A stretch of DNA of 64,000 nt, from assembly GCA_030740155.1 (NCBI GenBank), contig JASLXV010000025.1, positions 1 through 64,000 of the forward strand, written 5' to 3'. The notes under the pieces were generated by a model. The model saw only the letters and a program-made list of their open reading frames with translations, had not been told where the DNA came from and searched no databases. The DNA comes from Dehalococcoidia bacterium (lineage in GTDB: Bacteria; Chloroflexota; Dehalococcoidia; Lucifugimonadales; UBA3495). This document shows, piece after piece, positions 59,532 through 64,000 of this stretch (positions within the stretch are counted from its first letter, which is position 1; every line of letters starts with the position of its first letter). Both the position numbers and the translations under genes were made by a program.

Positions 59532-60557
59532 TTAGCCGCCGAAGGCGTCCAGAATGTTGCGGTAGTTCTCCGTGATCTGCTCCCGGACCAGGCCGTAGGT
59601 GGGTCCGTGGAGGACCGCCAGGCCGGCCAAGCCTTCAAGCCCTTTCAGCTTGTCGCGGCATTCCCTCGCGGTGCCCGCCAGGGCAAGGGTGTCCAGCATC
59701 TCGTCGCTGACCGCCTGCTCCATTCCCTCGAGGTCTTGCCGCAGCGAAGCCTCCTGGATGGCCTGCCACTCGCGGCCAAAGCCGTCGCGTTCCAGGATCG
59801 GGCGGTAGACGGTGGAGGTGGCATAGAAGGCGAGCTGCCGGCGGGCCTGTCTCCGGGCCTTTCCCCGGTCATCCGATACGGCGCAGACCAGGAGCGTCAC
59901 GACCTCGATGGAAGCGGGGTCCCGGCCGGCTTTCCGCGCTCCCTCGGCCAGGTGGACCCCCAGCTCTTCGCGGAGGTAGCGAGGGGAGGCGAGAGGGTAC
60001 CCGACCACACCGTCGGCTACCGTACCAGCCAGGCGCAGCATTCGCGGCATGACGGCAGCCAGGTACACGGGGATATCGGGGCGCAACGGACGGAAGCCGG
60101 CTATGTACCCGGGGGTGTCCACGTTGTAGTACGGGCCCGCATGGTGCACGGGTTCGCCAGGGTGGTGGTACCAGGTACTCCACAGCCGGCGCACCACCTC
60201 AACGTGCTCCCGAAGGCCCTCCACCGGCTTGGGGTACTTATCGGGGGTCCACCCAAGATTCATGCGCAGCGTACCGGTGCCCACGCCGAAGACGAACCTC
60301 CCATTTGATAGCTCGTCCAGGTCCAGGGCGAATCGGGCGTGTAGAAAAGGACTGCGCGGGAAAGCCATGGACACCGCCGGAACCAGGCGCACCCTGCTCG
60401 TGGCGCCGGCCAGCGCGGCCAGGGGGACAAATGCGCTGCGCCAGAACTCCGGGCACAAGATGGAATCGAATCCAGCCGCCTCAGCGGCCACGCCCAGCTC
60501 CACCACATCTTTCAGAGGAGTGTTCTCACCACCGAGCAAAAGCCCCAGCTTCATCAC
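59532..60557 (-). CDS. LLM-class flavin-dependent oxidoreductase
   Basis: AEAAGFD, LDELSNGRFVFGVG and LAGTVADG motifs. Confidence 0.92.
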   Translation of the reverse strand: MMKLGLLLGGENTPLKDVVELGVAAEAAGFDSILCPEFWRSAFVPLAALAGATSRVRLVPAVSMAFPRSPFLHARFALDLDELSNGRFVFGVGTGTLRMNLGWTPDKYPKPVEGLREHVEVVRRLWSTWYHHPGEPVHHAGPYYNVDTPGYIAGFRPLRPDIPVYLAAVMPRMLRLAGTVADGVVGYPLASPRYLREELGVHLAEGARKAGRDPASIEVVTLLVCAVSDDRGKARRQARRQLAFYATSTVYRPILERDGFGREWQAIQEASLRQDLEGMEQAVSDEMLDTLALAGTARECRDKLKGLEGLAGLAVLHGPTYGLVREQITENYRNILDAFGG

Positions 60558-60614
60558 GTGCTCTCCGATAGGCCATTAGGCATGTGGGTCAAACCGTGGG
60601 GCCGTGACGTCCGC

Positions 60615-61244
60615 CTAGACCACCCGGTACGCGAATACCAGGTGCTTGATGTCGGGTTCACCGAGGGGCAGCGACACGAAGGGCCCCGCCGTCTCGATCA
60701 GGCTCCATTTTTTGTCTCGCTCCAGGCCGTCCTGGACTTCCTTGAACCCCTGGGCGTCGGCCCGGACGCTAAAGATGATGGGGCCTCCGGGCCGGGTGCA
60801 GCGGATCAGTTCGGCGAAGGACTCGGGGGGCGCGTGGGCCACGCTCAGGACGCCCACGGCGGTCGCGCCGGCGAAGGCGTTGTCCGGGAAGTCGAGCTGC
60901 TCTCCCATGACCATCTGCCGGAGTTCCCGGTAGATTCCCTTGCTGCGGGCAACTTCCAGCATGCCGGTGGAGAGGTCCATGGCAACCAACTCTCGGTAAC
61001 CGAGCAGGGCAAGCACCTCTCCCATGACACCGGTCCCGGCGCCGGCATCCAGAAGCGGACCGTCGGCGGGCTTCAGGTAGCGGCCCACGAACCCGGCCAC
61101 GATTCCCGGAATCTTGTATCCGTAACCGGCAACGTCTTCGTCGTATTTACCGGCCCAGGAGTCGTACCTTTCCTCCAGGTCGCGGTTCCCTTGGGAAGCG
61201 TAGATCCAATGCAGGCGTTCCTTCGGTGTCTCAGGTTGTGTCAC
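60615..61244 (-). CDS. Class I SAM-dependent methyltransferase
   Basis: YDSWA..YD, LDAGAGTG and DLSTGML motifs. Confidence 0.88.
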   Translation of the reverse strand: MTQPETPKERLHWIYASQGNRDLEERYDSWAGKYDEDVAGYGYKIPGIVAGFVGRYLKPADGPLLDAGAGTGVMGEVLALLGYRELVAMDLSTGMLEVARSKGIYRELRQMVMGEQLDFPDNAFAGATAVGVLSVAHAPPESFAELIRCTRPGGPIIFSVRADAQGFKEVQDGLERDKKWSLIETAGPFVSLPLGEPDIKHLVFAYRVV

Positions 61245-61352
61245 GATTTCCTCCTGTTGTGCCCATGGGCCAACGCTGGGGCAGCCCGGCCCGGGTGCGG
61301 CCCGGATTGCCGCGCCGCTATTGCATCGGTCCTTCCGTCCCCGGCGGAGGGC

Positions 61353-62150
61353 CTAGCTGGCTTCGTTCTTTTCCGCTTCAACCGGGTTGCTGAGCGTGCC
61401 GATGCCGGGGATCTCGACCTCAACCACGTCGCCCGGATGGAGCGCCTCGACGGCTCCGGGCGCCCCGGTCAGAATCAGGTCGCCGGAACGCAGGGTCACG
61501 AACTGGCTGATGCCGCTAACGATGGCGTAACAATCATGGGTCATCCCCGAGGTGCTGCCCCGGTCGTGCTCCTTCCCGTTCAGCCGCGTGATGATGTCCA
61601 GTCGATGGGGATCAACTTCGGTCTCGATCCAGGGACCTACGGGTCCGAAGGTGTCGGACCCCTTGCGGCGCCAGTTGGTCAAATCCTTCGACCAGGAGCC
61701 CTCGCCGCTGACGTCGTTGGCGCAAGTGTATCCCAGAATGAAGTGGCGTGCCTCGTCAGGCGTCACCCGGCGAGCGGGTCTGCCAATGACAATCACCAAT
61801 TCGCCCTCGTAGTGGACATAATCTGCCTCCGGGGGCAGCACGATGGGATCGGTATGGCCGATGATGCAGTTGACGCCCTTCTGCCAGGGCCGGAAAACCC
61901 CCGCCTCCCGGCGGATTCTTTCGGCGTCCAGTGCTCCTTCTTGGTGAGCGACATGGGCTGCGTAGTTGAGCCCTACGGCCCAAAAGCTGGCAGCTTGGGT
62001 GGGCGGAAGGAGTTTCACCCGATCCAACGGGTAGGTTGCCTCTGAGATCGAGTATTCCCGGAAGATGTCTCCCTGAATCGCCCGCACTTCCGCCCCTTCC
62101 ACCAGCCCGTAGCTCTCCCACCCGTTGATGCGAAACCTGGCCAGTTTCAT
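61353..62150 (-). CDS. Fumarylacetoacetate hydrolase family protein
   Basis: GLNYAAH, HYEGEL, GYTCANDVS, KGSDTFGPVGP and GDLILTG motifs. Confidence 0.93.
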   Translation of the reverse strand: MKLARFRINGWESYGLVEGAEVRAIQGDIFREYSISEATYPLDRVKLLPPTQAASFWAVGLNYAAHVAHQEGALDAERIRREAGVFRPWQKGVNCIIGHTDPIVLPPEADYVHYEGELVIVIGRPARRVTPDEARHFILGYTCANDVSGEGSWSKDLTNWRRKGSDTFGPVGPWIETEVDPHRLDIITRLNGKEHDRGSTSGMTHDCYAIVSGISQFVTLRSGDLILTGAPGAVEALHPGDVVEVEIPGIGTLSNPVEAEKNEAS

Positions 62151-62488
62151 GTAGCCTCCTCTCTCACGATCCGAGGTTGCCTCGGAGGCGCGCTGCCGGG
62201 AGCCAGGGGGTTCGCCGATCCAGGGCCCAGTGGACCCCTGAACGGCTCGGTGCACCTCGACATAATGAGTCGATCCATGTCTTGAACCCGGACAGGTAGC
62301 TTGGCATCAGATTTGGGGTCAAGGCCATGGCACACAAGGTCCGCGGTACTTGCCGTGCTGGAAACAAGGCAGGCCACCGCCAGGCGACGCACCGGCCCGA
62401 CCCACATGACCCTGGTTATCGCGGCGTCGCCGGCGTCGCGGTTTGCGACTAAATCCTCAGCCGCGAGGCCGGCGCAGAGTCCGCTGGT

Positions 62489-63343
62489 CTAGTTGCGGGC
62501 CAACTCCGGAGCGAGCACCGGCGGCTCACCCTTCACGCTCTCTACCAGTTGGTACGCGCGGGCTACCGTGTCCTCCGAACCTTCCATGGCAAGGATGACG
62601 GAACCTTCGCTTCCGCCGACTCCTCCGGAACTCACGTGCATGGCGCTGACACCGGTCAGGACCGTCAACGCCTCAATCTCCGTCACCACCAGCGAGGTTA
62701 CCACAGGAAGCAGGCCGCACGACTTCCCCATCACCGTGTCGAAGAGCGTGTTGCCGCACATGAAGTAGGCTTTGGTGACGGAGGGAATCAGCCGCTCCAA
62801 GCTCACGGGCTGGATGAGGTGTGACCCCCGGGAACTCAAGAGCGGCCATGAGAAGCCGATGGTCCCGCCCGAGGATCCAGCCACCAGAATGCCCGTGTTA
62901 CCCTCCGGGTCGAGGGCGTTGGCCCCTTTGATGGATACGTCGGTGGCCGTGAACTCCTCCATCACCGTTTCCGCGGGCTCGTCCACCAAGGCGCCGTCCC
63001 GGAAGACCCACGGCCCGATGCGCTGCCGCGGGATAGTGGTGGCCAGCTTCGCGTCGGCGATTATGCCCGCGGTGCAGATCTCTTTGGGCAAGGTGTCGCC
63101 CAGCAGTTCTTCAACGATGTATGCCGGGGTCACGCCCCGGGAGATTATCAGCAGGCCTTTTTCACGGACCCTTCGTACCTCCGGTAGCTCCAGCATCGCT
63201 TTCGCGATCAGCCGCTTGGACTCGGAGGGAGTGAGCACGACGATTGCGTGAGCGCGCTCATCTCTGGTCCCTGCCAGCTTTTCCCGGAACATTTCGATAT
63301 CGTAGAACATATGCGCCTCCTCTGGCTCGTAAATCAGGTTCAC
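62489..63343 (-). CDS. Conserved hypothetical protein
   Basis: Long ORF with typical composition (TPSESKRLIAKA, KGANALD, GGTIG, GGVGGSEGS); family not assigned. Confidence 0.65.
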   Translation of the reverse strand: MNLIYEPEEAHMFYDIEMFREKLAGTRDERAHAIVVLTPSESKRLIAKAMLELPEVRRVREKGLLIISRGVTPAYIVEELLGDTLPKEICTAGIIADAKLATTIPRQRIGPWVFRDGALVDEPAETVMEEFTATDVSIKGANALDPEGNTGILVAGSSGGTIGFSWPLLSSRGSHLIQPVSLERLIPSVTKAYFMCGNTLFDTVMGKSCGLLPVVTSLVVTEIEALTVLTGVSAMHVSSGGVGGSEGSVILAMEGSEDTVARAYQLVESVKGEPPVLAPELARN

Positions 63344-63894
63344 ATTGTAGCAGGGATGTCACGTCGCCACAGCGGTTTCCGTTTCCAACCTGGAAGAGCG
63401 ATGGCAGACAGCTCGATCGGGCAGTTATGATAGACCAGGCGGGGTGTCCTGCACGCGCTCGGTCGCACCGGCACCGAGGTGGCTCCGCCTGGTGTCCCAA
63501 TTCCTACTTCGCCGTCCACCTGCCAGGTCCGCGGGATCGCGTTCAAGAAAAGAGTGAGCGTTTCGACCCTCTCCGACGCTCCGTAGAACTAGCTCGATGG
63601 CCGAACTCGGGAGCCTTCCGAGCGGCCGCAATAGCGAAAACACATTATCGGACATGCTCAATTTCGAAGTTGACCCTGTACCTAACTTCCTGTACTATGG
63701 GGCACGGCCTACAATCCCTGAGGTCGATGACGACAACGGCCGGCAAACGGCCGTTCCTACATAGGTATCGGGTGCGGCAGCGAAAAGAATCGTCAGGCCC
63801 ACCGGACCGGAAGCGGTGAATGCGGCCCGGAGTTGGGCTGTCGTGGGGCGTCTCCGGCCTACCAGGGAAGGACCTTGCTGGAGGTAACCCCCGA

Positions 63895-64000
63895 ATGGAA
63901 GAAACACCGCAACGGGTGTTGGTAGTTATTCCTCACCCCGATGACGCTGAGTTCTGGTGCGCTGGGACCGTCGCTTGGTGGGTCAGCCAGGGAGCGTCGG
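63895..64000 (+). CDS. PIG-L family deacetylase, N-terminus only (partial)
   Basis: GGAGG RBS followed by MEETPQRVLVVIPHPDDAEFWCAGTVA (HPDD motif); runs off the window. Confidence 0.85.
   Translation, partial: MEETPQRVLVVIPHPDDAEFWCAGTVAWWVSQGAS

Noticed and set aside
60558..62045. Long antisense or alternative-frame ORFs (e.g. 60558-62045, 45438-46868, 6688-7950)
   Set aside because: They are shadow ORFs overlapping well-supported genes, as expected at high GC, and show no family motifs.
63700..63890. c-di-GMP-I riboswitch upstream of the PIG-L gene
   Set aside because: GGCAAAC and CTCCGGCCTA are present but about 100 nt apart, and the GAAA-loop P2 and GCAAA junction are missing.
1..64000. 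Genome-wide reassignment of TGA (genetic code 4 or 25)
   Set aside because: TGA is the genuine stop of complete genes such as ruvA, uvrB, rplU, rpmA and thrC, and TGG encodes Trp. Read-through appears site-specific.
1..64000. tRNA (including tRNA-Sec), rRNA, selA/selB/selD, integrases or transposases
   Set aside because: None were recognisable by eye; a tRNAscan-SE or Aragorn run would be needed to fully exclude tRNAs.

Overview
GC-rich bacterial chromosomal window. The gene content suggests Chloroflexota, probably Dehalococcoidia/SAR202-like; this is an inference. Housekeeping genes include the tail of rpsP, khpA, rimM, yebC-ruvC-ruvA, uvrB, recG-degV-DAK2, rplU-rpmA-rpmE, glyA, rpsF-ssb-rpsR and hom-thrC-folE. 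They are interleaved with catabolic and redox genes: a Rieske oxygenase, family III CoA-transferases, two thiolase-fold + DUF35 pairs, an SDR, an LLM monooxygenase, a CocE hydrolase, TrxB and MshA/MshD-like genes. The main hidden signal is four in-frame TGA codons in three genes that the ORF track breaks apart. These are a thiolase-fold protein with two TGAs (25444-26625), a UGSC-motif protein (33551-32991) and a YccU-like CoA-binding protein (40246-39818). Three TGAs fall where the family normally has Cys or Sec, and the fourth falls in an active-site loop. Each is followed, 17-22 nt downstream, by a GU-containing hairpin loop that fits a bacterial SECIS element. This points to a set of selenoproteins, two of which look unconventional and tied to CoA chemistry. 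No selA/selB/selC/selD gene is visible in the window. Other oddities are a B12-binding radical-SAM homolog lacking CxxxCxxC, a toxin-antitoxin pair bracketed by a decayed duplicate of the uvrB 5' end, and several structured leaders.
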